A stretch of DNA of 64,000 nt, taken from contig OZ244228.1 of NCBI GenBank assembly GCA_965217045.1, positions 679,668-743,667 of the forward strand. Reading direction: 5' to 3'. Below, one piece after another: positions 27,097-36,095 of the stretch. Each line of letters opens with the position of its first letter. Positions within the stretch are counted from its first letter, which is position 1. The stretch is from Vicinamibacterales bacterium. Lineage in GTDB: Bacteria; Acidobacteriota; Vicinamibacteria; Vicinamibacterales; UBA8438. The notes beneath the pieces are model-generated. The model was not told the DNA's origin. It saw only the letters and a list, made by a program, of their open reading frames with translations, and ran no database searches. The position numbers were made by a program, and so were the translations under genes.

Positions 27097-27122
27097 CCGA
27101 TGGCTGCAGCAACGCTGCCGGG

Positions 27123-28163
27123 CTACTCGGAGCCCTGCGCGGCGGCGGCCTCCTCGACGCGCGCGCCGGCCAGGATGTTGTAGAGCCCGTAGTTGCCCTC
27201 GTGGCAGGCGTACTCGTACAGCGGCTGATCGTTCCACTGCATCGGGATCTCATACGTCCAGGGCGTCTCCCACACGGTCGGGTTGTCGACGGTCGCTTCG
27301 TACATGAGGGTGGTCGGCGAGACGCGCGTGAAGCGCTCGGTCAGGTGCAGGTACTTGTCGGTCTGCCCGGACGAGAAGCTGGTCTCGCGCAGGAAGTTGG
27401 TCGTCGCCACGACGAGCGTGTCGCCGTCCCAGTGCCCGCGCGATTCCCCCGTCCACTGCGGGAGGCCGGTGACCGGGCGCCCGTCCAGCGGAATCACGCG
27501 GAAGTTGTGGTTCATCTCGTTGAGCAGCACCACCTGGTCGGGCGTCTGGAACAGCTGCACGTTCTGGTTGTACCCGCCGGGCGTCATCGGCGGCCCGGCG
27601 TTGAAGCCCGTGATGCACCGCAGCTGCAGCCCCTCGTTGCCGAAGTCCTCGACCCAGCCGCCCGCGGTGGGCCCGTGCATGCCGATGCCGCGCCGCGCCC
27701 TTGCGATCTCGCTCTGCCGCTTCTGCGCGGCCGCCGTCAGCGCCGGCTTGCGGCCGTTCGGCGGATCGACGATCAGCGATGTGCGCCGGGTCTCGACGGG
27801 CGACGTGCCGCCGTCCAGCCAGAAGTTGTTGTAGAAGCCGGGTGCGCCGTCCTCGCCACGGTCCACGCTGTCGGTGGCGTTCGTGCGCCGCGCCGGCCGG
27901 TTCAGCAGCTCCTCGTTTTTCGCAAGCGCGTTCTGCTCGAGCTCCGCCGCCTCTTCCTCCGTCAGGAACGCCTTGTCGCCCAGGTTCGCGGGCCGCTCCA
28001 GGGGTGTGAGGGAACGGAAGTCCCAGACGCCCTGCAGGTCGGGCGCTCCCCACGGCGTGCGGGGCGCCTCCGCCGTTTCCGCCGGCTGGGCGGCGGCGAA
28101 CAGTGGCGTCAGCACCACGACCGCGGCGAGGGCGCATACCGCCGCTAGATTTCGCTGGCTCAT
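27123..28163 (-). CDS. PDLQ-CHEGN family secreted protein, paralogue c
   Basis: Start ATG 28163 follows AAGGAGGT (MSQRNLAAVCALAAVVVLTPLFAAAQ). Motifs: RTPWGAPDLQGVW..TPLERP, SLIVDPPNGRKP, LRCITG, EMNHNFRVIPLDGRP, WTGESRGHWDGDTLVVATTNF, YEYACHEGNY. Confidence 0.9.
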   Translation of the reverse strand: MSQRNLAAVCALAAVVVLTPLFAAAQPAETAEAPRTPWGAPDLQGVWDFRSLTPLERPANLGDKAFLTEEEAAELEQNALAKNEELLNRPARRTNATDSVDRGEDGAPGFYNNFWLDGGTSPVETRRTSLIVDPPNGRKPALTAAAQKRQSEIARARRGIGMHGPTAGGWVEDFGNEGLQLRCITGFNAGPPMTPGGYNQNVQLFQTPDQVVLLNEMNHNFRVIPLDGRPVTGLPQWTGESRGHWDGDTLVVATTNFLRETSFSSGQTDKYLHLTERFTRVSPTTLMYEATVDNPTVWETPWTYEIPMQWNDQPLYEYACHEGNYGLYNILAGARVEEAAAAQGSE

Positions 28164-28288
28164 CTTTGCTACCTCCTTGATCTGCTCACACGCATCCGAG
28201 TACAAGACATGATTGATCAGGACACTGCCGCGCGCAAGGTTCGGTTGCGGGCGTGCCGTGCGCACCGTCTCCAGAAAGGGAGGAGCCC

Positions 28289-29302
28289 GTGTCGCTGCAA
28301 ACCATCGTTTCCGTGAGCCTGCTGGTCGTGTTTCCCGCCGTCGCCGGCGCGCAGGCGCCCGAGGGCGGCCCGGTGGCCCGTACGCCGTGGGGCGACCCGG
28401 ATCTGCAGGCGATCTGGGATTACCGCACCCTCACGCCCGTGGAGCGTCCGGAGGAGTTCGGCGACAAGGCGGTGCTGACCGACGAGGAGGTGGCCGAGCT
28501 CGAGGCCGAGGCGATACGCAACAACGTCGATCGCGTGCCGCCGCCGGGGAGCGTCGGCGGGTACAACCGGTTCTGGCTCGACTTCGGCACGAACGTGATC
28601 TCGGGCGGGCGCACCTCGTTGATCATCGACCCGCCCGACGGGCGGCTTCCGCCGCGCAGGCCCGGCGTGGTGGAGCAGGAGGCCTCATTCCAGGAGGATC
28701 TGCCGGAGGAGCGGCCGATCCGCTACCGGTCCGGCGGGGCGGGAACCGACGGCCCCGAGGACCGCGGATTGTCCGAGCGCTGCATCGTGGGCAACAACGC
28801 CGGGCCGCCGATGCTGCCGGACGCGTACAACAACAACGTGCAGATCTTCCAGACGCCTGATCACGTGGTCCTGTTCAACGAGATGATCAACGACGCGCGC
28901 ATCGTGCCGCTCGACGGGCGCCCGCATCTTCCCGCTGACATCCGCCAGTGGATGGGCGACTCGCGCGGCCGCTGGGAGGGCGACACGCTGGTCGTCGAGA
29001 CCCGCAACTTCGTCAACGACGTGGCCTACGGCTCCAACATCCGCACCGCGTACGGGACCGGCGACGCCTATCACCTGACGGAGCGCTTCCGGCGAGAAGG
29101 CGACGACAGGCTGCACTACGAGTACACGGTCGACGATCCGCTGACCTTCACGCGCCCGTTCACCGTGGCGCTGCCGATGCGGAAGCTGGACGGCGTCATC
29201 TTCGAGTACGCCTGTCACGAAGGGAACTACGGCCTGTACAACCAGTTGTCCGGGGCCCGGGCCGAGGACCGCGCGGCTGCCGCGGTCGCGGGGTCACGGT
29301 AG
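28289..29302 (+). CDS. PDLQ-CHEGN family secreted protein, paralogue d
   Basis: Likely GTG 28289 after GGGAGGA (VSLQTIVSVSLLVVFPAVAGAQ). Motifs: RTPWGDPDLQAIW, SLIIDPPDGRLP, ERCIVG, EMINDARIVPLDGRPH, WMGDSRGRWEGDTLVVETRNF, FEYACHEGNY. Confidence 0.9.
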   Translation: MSLQTIVSVSLLVVFPAVAGAQAPEGGPVARTPWGDPDLQAIWDYRTLTPVERPEEFGDKAVLTDEEVAELEAEAIRNNVDRVPPPGSVGGYNRFWLDFGTNVISGGRTSLIIDPPDGRLPPRRPGVVEQEASFQEDLPEERPIRYRSGGAGTDGPEDRGLSERCIVGNNAGPPMLPDAYNNNVQIFQTPDHVVLFNEMINDARIVPLDGRPHLPADIRQWMGDSRGRWEGDTLVVETRNFVNDVAYGSNIRTAYGTGDAYHLTERFRREGDDRLHYEYTVDDPLTFTRPFTVALPMRKLDGVIFEYACHEGNYGLYNQLSGARAEDRAAAAVAGSR

Positions 29303-29326
29303 GCGTTTATCCGGAAGGGGGCATCC

Positions 29327-30346
29327 GTGTTCATGAGAATTGTCGTTTCGGCGACCGTGCTCCTGGTCCTTCCCGTGCTTGCCAGCGCCCAATCGTCGAG
29401 CACCGGCGCCGTGGCCCGTACGCCGTGGGGCGACCCGGATCTGCAGGCGGTCTGGGACTATCGCACCCTGACGCTGGTGGAGCGGCCCGAGGAGTTCGGC
29501 GACAAGGCGTTCCTGACGGACGAGGAAGCGGCGGAGCTGGAGGCGGAGGCGGTACGCAACAACGTCGATCGGCCGCCCCAGCCGGGGAGCGTCGGCGGCT
29601 ACAACAGGTTCTGGATGGACGTCGGGACGAACGTGGTCAAGGGCCGGCGCACGTCGCTGATTGTCGATCCGCCGAATGGGCGACTGCCGCCGCTGAGGCC
29701 GGGGGCCGTGGAGCAGATCGCCTCGTTCGTGGTGGAGGTGCCGGAGGAACGGCCGATTCGCTACCGCTCCGGCGGAGCGGGAACGGACGGCCCGGAGGAT
29801 CGCGGGTTGTCGGAGCGGTGCATCCTGGGCAACAACGCCGGACCGCCGATGTTGCCGGACAGGTACAACAACAACGTGCAGATCTTCCAGACGCCGGACT
29901 ACGTCGTTCTGCTCAACGAGATGATCAACGACGCGCGCATCGTCCCGTTGGACGGGCGCCCGCATCTGCCCGAAACCATCCGGCAGTGGATGGGAGACTC
30001 GCGCGGCTACTGGGACGGCGACACGCTGGTGGTCGAGACCTCCAACTTCGTCAACGAGGTGAGCTACGTCTCCACCATCAGCGCCTCGCACGGGACCGGT
30101 GAGGCGTTTCACCTGACGGAGCGATTTCGCCGGGACGGCGAGGACTCGCTCCACTACGAGTACACCGTCGACGATCCGCTGACCTTCACGCGGCCGTTCA
30201 CCGTCGTGCTGCCCATGCAGAAGCTGGACGGCGTCATCTTCGAGTACGCCTGTCACGAAGGGAACTACGGGCTGTACAACCAGTTGTCGGGGGCGCGAGC
30301 CGAGGACAGGGCCGCGTCTGAAGCGGAGGCCGCCGCTTCACGGTAG
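29327..30346 (+). CDS. PDLQ-CHEGN family secreted protein, paralogue e (tandem duplicate of d)
   Basis: 339 aa (GTG 29327 or ATG 29333). It shares runs of 29-47 identical nucleotides with d, for example 39 nt at GTGGCCCGTACGCCGTGGGGCGACCCGGATCTGCAGGCG. It has the same motif set. Confidence 0.9.
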   Translation: MFMRIVVSATVLLVLPVLASAQSSSTGAVARTPWGDPDLQAVWDYRTLTLVERPEEFGDKAFLTDEEAAELEAEAVRNNVDRPPQPGSVGGYNRFWMDVGTNVVKGRRTSLIVDPPNGRLPPLRPGAVEQIASFVVEVPEERPIRYRSGGAGTDGPEDRGLSERCILGNNAGPPMLPDRYNNNVQIFQTPDYVVLLNEMINDARIVPLDGRPHLPETIRQWMGDSRGYWDGDTLVVETSNFVNEVSYVSTISASHGTGEAFHLTERFRRDGEDSLHYEYTVDDPLTFTRPFTVVLPMQKLDGVIFEYACHEGNYGLYNQLSGARAEDRAASEAEAAASR

Positions 30347-30357
30347 GCGCCGCGGCC

Positions 30358-32385
30358 CTAGCGCGGCAGCGCCAGCGCGATCAGCTCCGGCGGCGCGGCG
30401 CCGCCCCCGCCGCCGACGGCGACCGCGATGTACTGCCTGCCCTCGTGCAGGTAGGTGATCGGGTTGCCGTACGGCACGGCTGGCAGGGCCACCGAGCCCA
30501 GATACTCGCCATTGTGCTTGTGGTAGGCGGTGATCGTGCGCGCCGCCTCCGCCGCGTCGGCGGCGTACCGGCCGCCGGAATTGACGATCAGCAGAGTCTT
30601 CGTGACCAGCGGACCGCCGCCGTGCATCCCGACGTGGCCGCCGAGCGCCGGCAGGTTCAGGTGGCGCAGCGCCGGGTGGTTGCGGGGGCCGTCCCCGTGC
30701 GGGCTCATCCAGGCGTGGTCGCCGGTGTTCAGGTCGATCGCCGTGACCCGCTTGTACGGCGGCTTGACCAGCGGCAGCCCCCGCGGTCCGGGCACCGGCC
30801 CCGCCCACGGGTCCGTGAAGTAGCCGACCGTCGCGGGGGGCGGGTACTCGACGAGCTCGACCGCCCGGAGCCGGGTCTGCGAGGGGACGAAGAGGCGGCC
30901 CGTTTCTGGATCGACCGCCGACCCCGGCCAGTTCATGCCGCCGCCGGGCCCCGGCGCCTGGATGAGCGGGCCGCGGTCGCCGCGCAGGGGAGGCGGCGTA
31001 AAGATCGGTCCGAGCTGCGCCCGCCCAGCGATCCGCAACGCCTCCGCCCGCAGTTCCAGCGTGAAGTCGATCAGGTCGTCCTCGGTGATCCCCTGCAGAT
31101 CGAACGGCGCCGGCTTCGTCGGGAACGGCTGGGTTGGCGAGTACCACTCGCCCGGCACGTCGCCCGCCGGGACCGGGCGCTCCTCGACCGGCCACACCGG
31201 CGCGCCGGTCACGCGGTCCAAGACGTACGTGAACGCCTGCTTGCTCGTCTGCGCCAGCGCCTTGATCTCGCGTCCGTCGACGGTGATGTCGAGCAGGTTG
31301 GCCGCGGTCGGGAAGTCGTAGTCCCACAGCCCGTGGTGCACCGCCTGGAAGTGCCAGATCCGCTCGCCCGTCTCCCCGTCGACGCAGACGATGCTCTCGG
31401 CGAACAGGTTGTCGCCCGGCCGCATGCCGCCGTACCAGTCGTTGGTCGGGGTGCCGGTGGGCAGGTAGACGAAGCCGAGCTCCGCGTCGACGGCCATCGT
31501 GCCCCAGACGTTCGTATGGCCGCTGTAGCGCCACGATTCGTTCCCCCAACTGTCGGCGCCGAACTCGTCGCCCTGGGGGATGGTATGGAAGATCCACTTC
31601 ATGTCGCCGGTGCGGGCATCGAAGCCGCGCACGTGGCCCGGGTCCGCTTCGCGCCGCGTGAGAAAGGTGTCCTGGACGATGCTGCCGACGACGACCGTGT
31701 CGCCCACGATCGCCGGTGGCTGCGAATGCGTCAGCCGGCTGCGGTCGATCGCGCGGCCCAGGCTGCCGCTGAGATCGACCGTGCCGCCGTCGCCGAAGTC
31801 GGGGTAGAGGTCGCCGGTCCGCGCGTCGAGCGCCACGAGCAGCAGGTCGTGCGTGGCGATGAAGATGCGGGCGTCGTCGCTCTCGCCGTCCTCCCAGTAC
31901 GAGACGCCGCGGTGGTGCCAGCCGACGTTGGCTGGGCGGTCGAGCCGCTCGTAGGTCCGCGGATCGTACGACCAGACCAGCCTGCCCGTGCCCGCGTCGA
32001 GAGCCGCCACCTGCCCGACGGCGGTGCTGACGTAGACGAGCCCGCCCACCATCAGCGGGATGGTCTTGAACTGCAGTACGTTGATCCCGGGCCGCGCGCG
32101 CGTCACGTCCGTCGAGATGGACGTCCAGCGCCAGGCGATCTCCAGATCGGTGAAGTTCTCGACGGTGATCTGGTCGAGCGGCAAGTACTTGGTGTTGGCC
32201 GGGTCGGCCCCGAAGGCGCGCCACTCGCCGGCAGGCGCCGTCGACTGGGCGCGCAGCGCGAGGGGCGACAGGGTGGCCGCCAGCACGAGGGCCGTCGCAC
32301 CGGCCGCAACTCGCCGGCGCTGGCGGGAGGCGGTCCCGCGCTCCCGGAATGCGGCGCCGGTCGAATGCGGCTGGGCGTATGCCAC
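30358..32385 (-). CDS. Soluble PQQ-dependent dehydrogenase (third glucose/quinate/shikimate-like copy)
   Basis: 675 aa with a long signal region. Motifs: WRAFGADPANTKYLPLDQI, TIPLMVGGLVYVST, AVHHGLWDYD, GGMNWPG. It is collinear with 583-2517 and 2599-4563 but more divergent. It is convergent with paralogue e, with the stop codons 11 nt apart. Confidence 0.9.
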   Translation of the reverse strand: MAYAQPHSTGAAFRERGTASRQRRRVAAGATALVLAATLSPLALRAQSTAPAGEWRAFGADPANTKYLPLDQITVENFTDLEIAWRWTSISTDVTRARPGINVLQFKTIPLMVGGLVYVSTAVGQVAALDAGTGRLVWSYDPRTYERLDRPANVGWHHRGVSYWEDGESDDARIFIATHDLLLVALDARTGDLYPDFGDGGTVDLSGSLGRAIDRSRLTHSQPPAIVGDTVVVGSIVQDTFLTRREADPGHVRGFDARTGDMKWIFHTIPQGDEFGADSWGNESWRYSGHTNVWGTMAVDAELGFVYLPTGTPTNDWYGGMRPGDNLFAESIVCVDGETGERIWHFQAVHHGLWDYDFPTAANLLDITVDGREIKALAQTSKQAFTYVLDRVTGAPVWPVEERPVPAGDVPGEWYSPTQPFPTKPAPFDLQGITEDDLIDFTLELRAEALRIAGRAQLGPIFTPPPLRGDRGPLIQAPGPGGGMNWPGSAVDPETGRLFVPSQTRLRAVELVEYPPPATVGYFTDPWAGPVPGPRGLPLVKPPYKRVTAIDLNTGDHAWMSPHGDGPRNHPALRHLNLPALGGHVGMHGGGPLVTKTLLIVNSGGRYAADAAEAARTITAYHKHNGEYLGSVALPAVPYGNPITYLHEGRQYIAVAVGGGGGAAPPELIALALPR

Positions 32386-32831
32386 GGGCTCCTCGCTTTC
32401 TCTGCGGTGTGCCGGCCATCATACGGGGTCACCGTGTGCATCCACACGACGTCTGTCCGCGATTCCGTAGATAAATCTGTCCCGGCCTGAGACTTGCCTT
32501 GAGCCGCGGTGACAGGATCCCCACGTATGTCTGTCCTCGTTCTCGGCAACCAACGGTATTCCTGTCCTCATCCGACTACCGGGTCGACTCCATCAAGGTC
32601 GCGGGGCGGACTGTGAGCATGATCGTGCTGCTGCCCGGCCGGTTCTGACTCCGCCGCAGACCGACTTCGTGTCCTGGCAAGGATCTGTCGGCCCGGCCGG
32701 GCAGCACGCATCCAGATGTTGCCTGGCCGGGAGGGCAGTGACCGAATAGGGGCCTGGCTTGAAAGTCCCGTCACAGTCCTGTCCGCCCGCCCGACCAGAC
32801 GGCGTCGCCAGCCCGAAAGGGGGCCAGCAAC

Positions 32832-33914
32832 ATGTCGAACAGCATCGCGCGTGACGATCCGTCGGTCAAGGTGATCGTCGGCGTCGACACCCACAAGCAC
32901 GAGCATGTCGCGGTAGCGATCAATGACTTGGGCGCCCGGCTCGCGACGTTCCGGGTGCCGGCGAACGGGGCCGGCTATGCCGACCTGGTGGCGTGGGCAC
33001 GCACGCTCGGTGACCTCGAAACCTTCGGGATTGAAGGTACCGGTTCCTACGGGGTCGGCCTCGCGCGCTCCGTGCGCCGACAGGGGCTCCACGTCGTCGA
33101 GGTCAACCGTTGCGACCGGCGCAAGCGGCGCAACAACGGCAAGAGTGACACGCTCGATGCCGAGGCTGCGGCGCGGTCGGTGCTCGCCGGTGTCGCGACC
33201 GCCATGCCGAAAGCTGCGGACGGCGCGGCAGAAATGGTCCGCCAGATCAAGATCGCCCGCGATACGGCCGTCAAGGCCCGCACTACCGCGATGACCACGC
33301 TCAAGACGCTGCTCGTCAACGCACCGAGTCGGGTCCGCGAAGCACTCGAGCCGCTCACCGACCAACGGCTCATCGACCGCTGCGCGACCCTCAGACCAGG
33401 AGACATCCTCGACCCGACTGCCTCGGTGAAGCATGCGCTACGGGCGCTCGCGGCCCGCTGGCGCACACTTTCGGCCGAGATCGACCGGCACGACGAGTTG
33501 CTCGACATCCTCACCAGGGCGGCAGCGCCGACCCTGCGTGAGGCGTTCGGGATTGGTCCCGACTCGGCGGCCGAGATGCTGATCGTTGCCGGCGACAACC
33601 CCACCCGGATCCGTTCCGAAGCCGCGTTCGCGAAACTATGTGGCGCCTGTCCGATTCCCGCCTCATCCGGGGTTACGAACCGGCATCGGCTCTTCCGCGG
33701 CGGCCACCGCCAAGCCAACGCGGCGCTCTACCGGATCGTGATCATCCGCATGCGCTGGCACCAGCCGACCCTCGACTACGTCCGACGACGCACCGCCGAG
33801 GGCTTGTCGAAGAAAGACATCATCCGCTGCCTGAAACGCTTCGTTGCCCGGGAAATCTACCACGCGCTGATCGAAGACCACCAACCCGGTGCGACCTGCG
33901 CCAAGGCTGCCTGA
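32832..33914 (+). CDS. IS110-family transposase/recombinase (DEDD N-domain plus C-terminal domain)
   Basis: 360 aa. It contains VGVDTHKHEHVAVAINDLG, FGIEGTGSYG and SGVTNRHRLFRGGHRQANAALY, which are hallmark IS110-family motifs. The element boundaries are not determinable by eye because the family lacks classical IRs. Confidence 0.9.
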   Translation: MSNSIARDDPSVKVIVGVDTHKHEHVAVAINDLGARLATFRVPANGAGYADLVAWARTLGDLETFGIEGTGSYGVGLARSVRRQGLHVVEVNRCDRRKRRNNGKSDTLDAEAAARSVLAGVATAMPKAADGAAEMVRQIKIARDTAVKARTTAMTTLKTLLVNAPSRVREALEPLTDQRLIDRCATLRPGDILDPTASVKHALRALAARWRTLSAEIDRHDELLDILTRAAAPTLREAFGIGPDSAAEMLIVAGDNPTRIRSEAAFAKLCGACPIPASSGVTNRHRLFRGGHRQANAALYRIVIIRMRWHQPTLDYVRRRTAEGLSKKDIIRCLKRFVAREIYHALIEDHQPGATCAKAA

Positions 33915-34776
33915 CGTGGTCGCGCTCTTTGGTGTGTTCGGGGTCAATGCCTTTGGCTTGGCGACGACTATTTCGGCCGGTTCCGATCTGACCGTACGCT
34001 GGCCTTGCCGAACCGGGACTCCGACCCGATCCGGAGCGTGTCGTGCGCCGCCGGTCGCTGTCGCCGTCCGGTGCCGGACACCGGTCAGTGAACCCCAACG
34101 TCACTTCCCCCGGTCTACGACCGGGGGCCCGGGAGGGCGAGCCGCAGGCGAGTCGATGCCGTTCCCGCGTCAGCGGTCCGTCATCCGCCGCTGGGCGGGG
34201 GCCTGGACGATGTCGCGCCCCGCTGCGGCGGCCCACGTAGAGAACCTCTCGGTCATCCGGCCAGTGTTTTCAGTGGCCGGACGAATCCGTCCGGCCACAA
34301 CCAGCTCTGAAGCCGGCGCGAGCGCCGAGTCATCCGAAGGACCGTAGCGCAGCGGAGGAGGCGCGAAGCGCCTTGACTCGGCGGGAGCAGAGGCTACCTC
34401 TCCGCTGTACGGACAACCTGTCTCTGGACGAAAGCCGGTGACGACGCGAGTTGGCATCGGCGATCCGGGTCCTCAACCCTCGTCCTCCCGCGGGAGATGC
34501 CCCGCCGTCATCCATGAGCTTTCTGTCCGCTCCACTTCAGATCCAACTCCGCTCGCGGCGGTGTTCACACCCTTTCTTGACATATAGGGGCGTCCTTGCT
34601 CTGGGTCGATCTTCTACGAGCTGACGCGCGGCGGCAACCGTTGGAGGGCGTCGGGCATGATGGGCTTGGCGGCGCTGAGCATCGCGGCGATCCGCGGGGT
34701 GAGGTTGATCTGCCGTTGGTGAGCCGTCCGACGACTGAGGTTGCCCCGATCTCGTGGACAGGTTAAGGCTTTCGGT

Positions 34777-35742
34777 TCACGTCATGGTGTGTACATCAAC
34801 ATTGATTCCTGTGGGCGGTGTGGATCCCGTGCGCAGCGCGGGATCCAACGGACTTGTGGGCGCCCGTAGGGCGTCCACAGGCCGGGCACCGTCCACAGCG
34901 CCGGCCTGATGGAGCCGTTCGAACTCCAGTGGCGACCGGTAGCCGAGCGCGGAGTGACGCCGCCGCGTGTTGTACCACCCCTCGATGAACTCGAACAACG
35001 CCGCCCGTGCTTCGGCGTGCGTTGACAGCGTCGTTCGGTCGAGCAGCTCGCACTCCAGGGTCGCGAAGAAGCTCTCGGCCATCGCATTGTCGAAGCAATC
35101 GCCGACCGAACCCATCGATAGCGCGACGCCCCGTTCCCGGCAGCGAGCGCCGAAGGCCAGCGAGGTGTACTGGCAGCCTTGGTCGGAGTGATGGATGACC
35201 GCCTCGGGCCGCCGTTGCGCCACGGCCATCTCCAGCGCCTCGACCACCAGCGCGGTGCGAAGATGCCCCGCCATGGCCCAACCGACGACGCGCCGGCTGA
35301 ACACGTCGAGGACGATGGCCAGGTACAGGAAGCCGGCCAGGGTCGGGACGTAGGTGATGTCGGCGACCCAGAGCCGGTTCGGCGCGTCCGCCTCGAAGCG
35401 CCGCTCGACCCGATCCGGGGCCGGGCGGGCCTGGGCATTCCGGCGTGTCGTGCGAGGGCCGCGGCGCCGGCTCACCCCGGCGACGCCGACGGACCGCATG
35501 ACCCGGGCGACCCGCTTGTGGCTCACCGCGACACCGCCCTCGGTCAGTTCGGCGTGAATCCGAGGAGCACCATACGTCCCTCGCCTCCGGCCGTGAATCG
35601 CCTGGACGCGAGCCCGGAGCTCGGCATCGGCCCGTGCCCGAGCCGACGGAGGACGACGACGCCACGCGTAGTACCCGCTCGGGAAGACACCGAGCACCCG
35701 GGCCATCGTGGCGACACGGAAACGAGCCTGATTCGCGCTCAT
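34777..35742 (-). CDS. IS3-family transposase OrfB (rve integrase core)
   Basis: 321 aa. It contains PNRLWVADITYVPT, HSDQGCQYTS and YNTRRRHSALGY (DDE/rve motifs). It is in the -1 frame relative to orfA, with an ATGA overlap. Confidence 0.9.
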   Translation of the reverse strand: MSANQARFRVATMARVLGVFPSGYYAWRRRPPSARARADAELRARVQAIHGRRRGTYGAPRIHAELTEGGVAVSHKRVARVMRSVGVAGVSRRRGPRTTRRNAQARPAPDRVERRFEADAPNRLWVADITYVPTLAGFLYLAIVLDVFSRRVVGWAMAGHLRTALVVEALEMAVAQRRPEAVIHHSDQGCQYTSLAFGARCRERGVALSMGSVGDCFDNAMAESFFATLECELLDRTTLSTHAEARAALFEFIEGWYNTRRRHSALGYRSPLEFERLHQAGAVDGARPVDALRAPTSPLDPALRTGSTPPTGINVDVHTMT

Positions 35743-36047
35743 GACCCGGTAGGTCTCCCGGGTCGGGCCTCCCGCGCGAACCAGGCCGTTGCCTTTGCCA
35801 ATATCTCTCGCTCTTCGCGCAGGCGCCGGTTCTCCCGGCGCAGCCGGCGAAGCTCTTCACGCTCCTCCGTGCGCAGCCCGTCGCTGCGCTCGCCCGCATC
35901 GCGGCCCACCTGCGCGACCCAGGTTCGGATCGCCTGGGACGACGGCTCGAACTCGCGAGCCAGGTCCTCCGGCGCACGTCCGGACCGAACCAGGTCGACC
36001 ATCTGTTGCCGGAACTCCGCCGCGTACGGTGGTCTCGTCTTCGGCAT
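35739..36047 (-). CDS. IS3-family transposase OrfA (HTH)
   Basis: MPKTRPPYAAEFRQQMVDLVRSGRAPEDLAREFEPSSQAIRTWV, followed by a leucine-zipper-like ELRRLRRENRRLREEREILAKATAWFA. Confidence 0.85.
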   Translation of the reverse strand: MPKTRPPYAAEFRQQMVDLVRSGRAPEDLAREFEPSSQAIRTWVAQVGRDAGERSDGLRTEEREELRRLRRENRRLREEREILAKATAWFAREARPGRPTGS

Positions 36048-36095
36048 CGCGGATACTCCTTCTCCCCCCAAGAGGATAGGTGTCCACGAAACCGG

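Larger units (their letters stand above)
34736..36095 (-). mobile_element. IS3-family insertion sequence (orfA/orfB), inserted into an IS4-like transposase gene
   Basis: The terminal IRs are TGAGGTTGCCCCGATCTCGTGGACA (34736-34760) and the reverse complement of 36071-36095, TGAAGTTGCCCCGGTTTCGTGGACA (22 of 25 match, with TG...CA ends). The element is 1360 bp and carries two overlapping transposase ORFs. Confidence 0.85.

Noticed and set aside
34180-34513. The repeated GTCATCC heptamers and hairpins could be a degenerate CRISPR array.
   Set aside because: The repeats are only 7 nt long and irregularly spaced (72, 77 and 178 nt). The hairpins are all different, and no cas genes are present. No CRISPR-like array was seen anywhere in the window.
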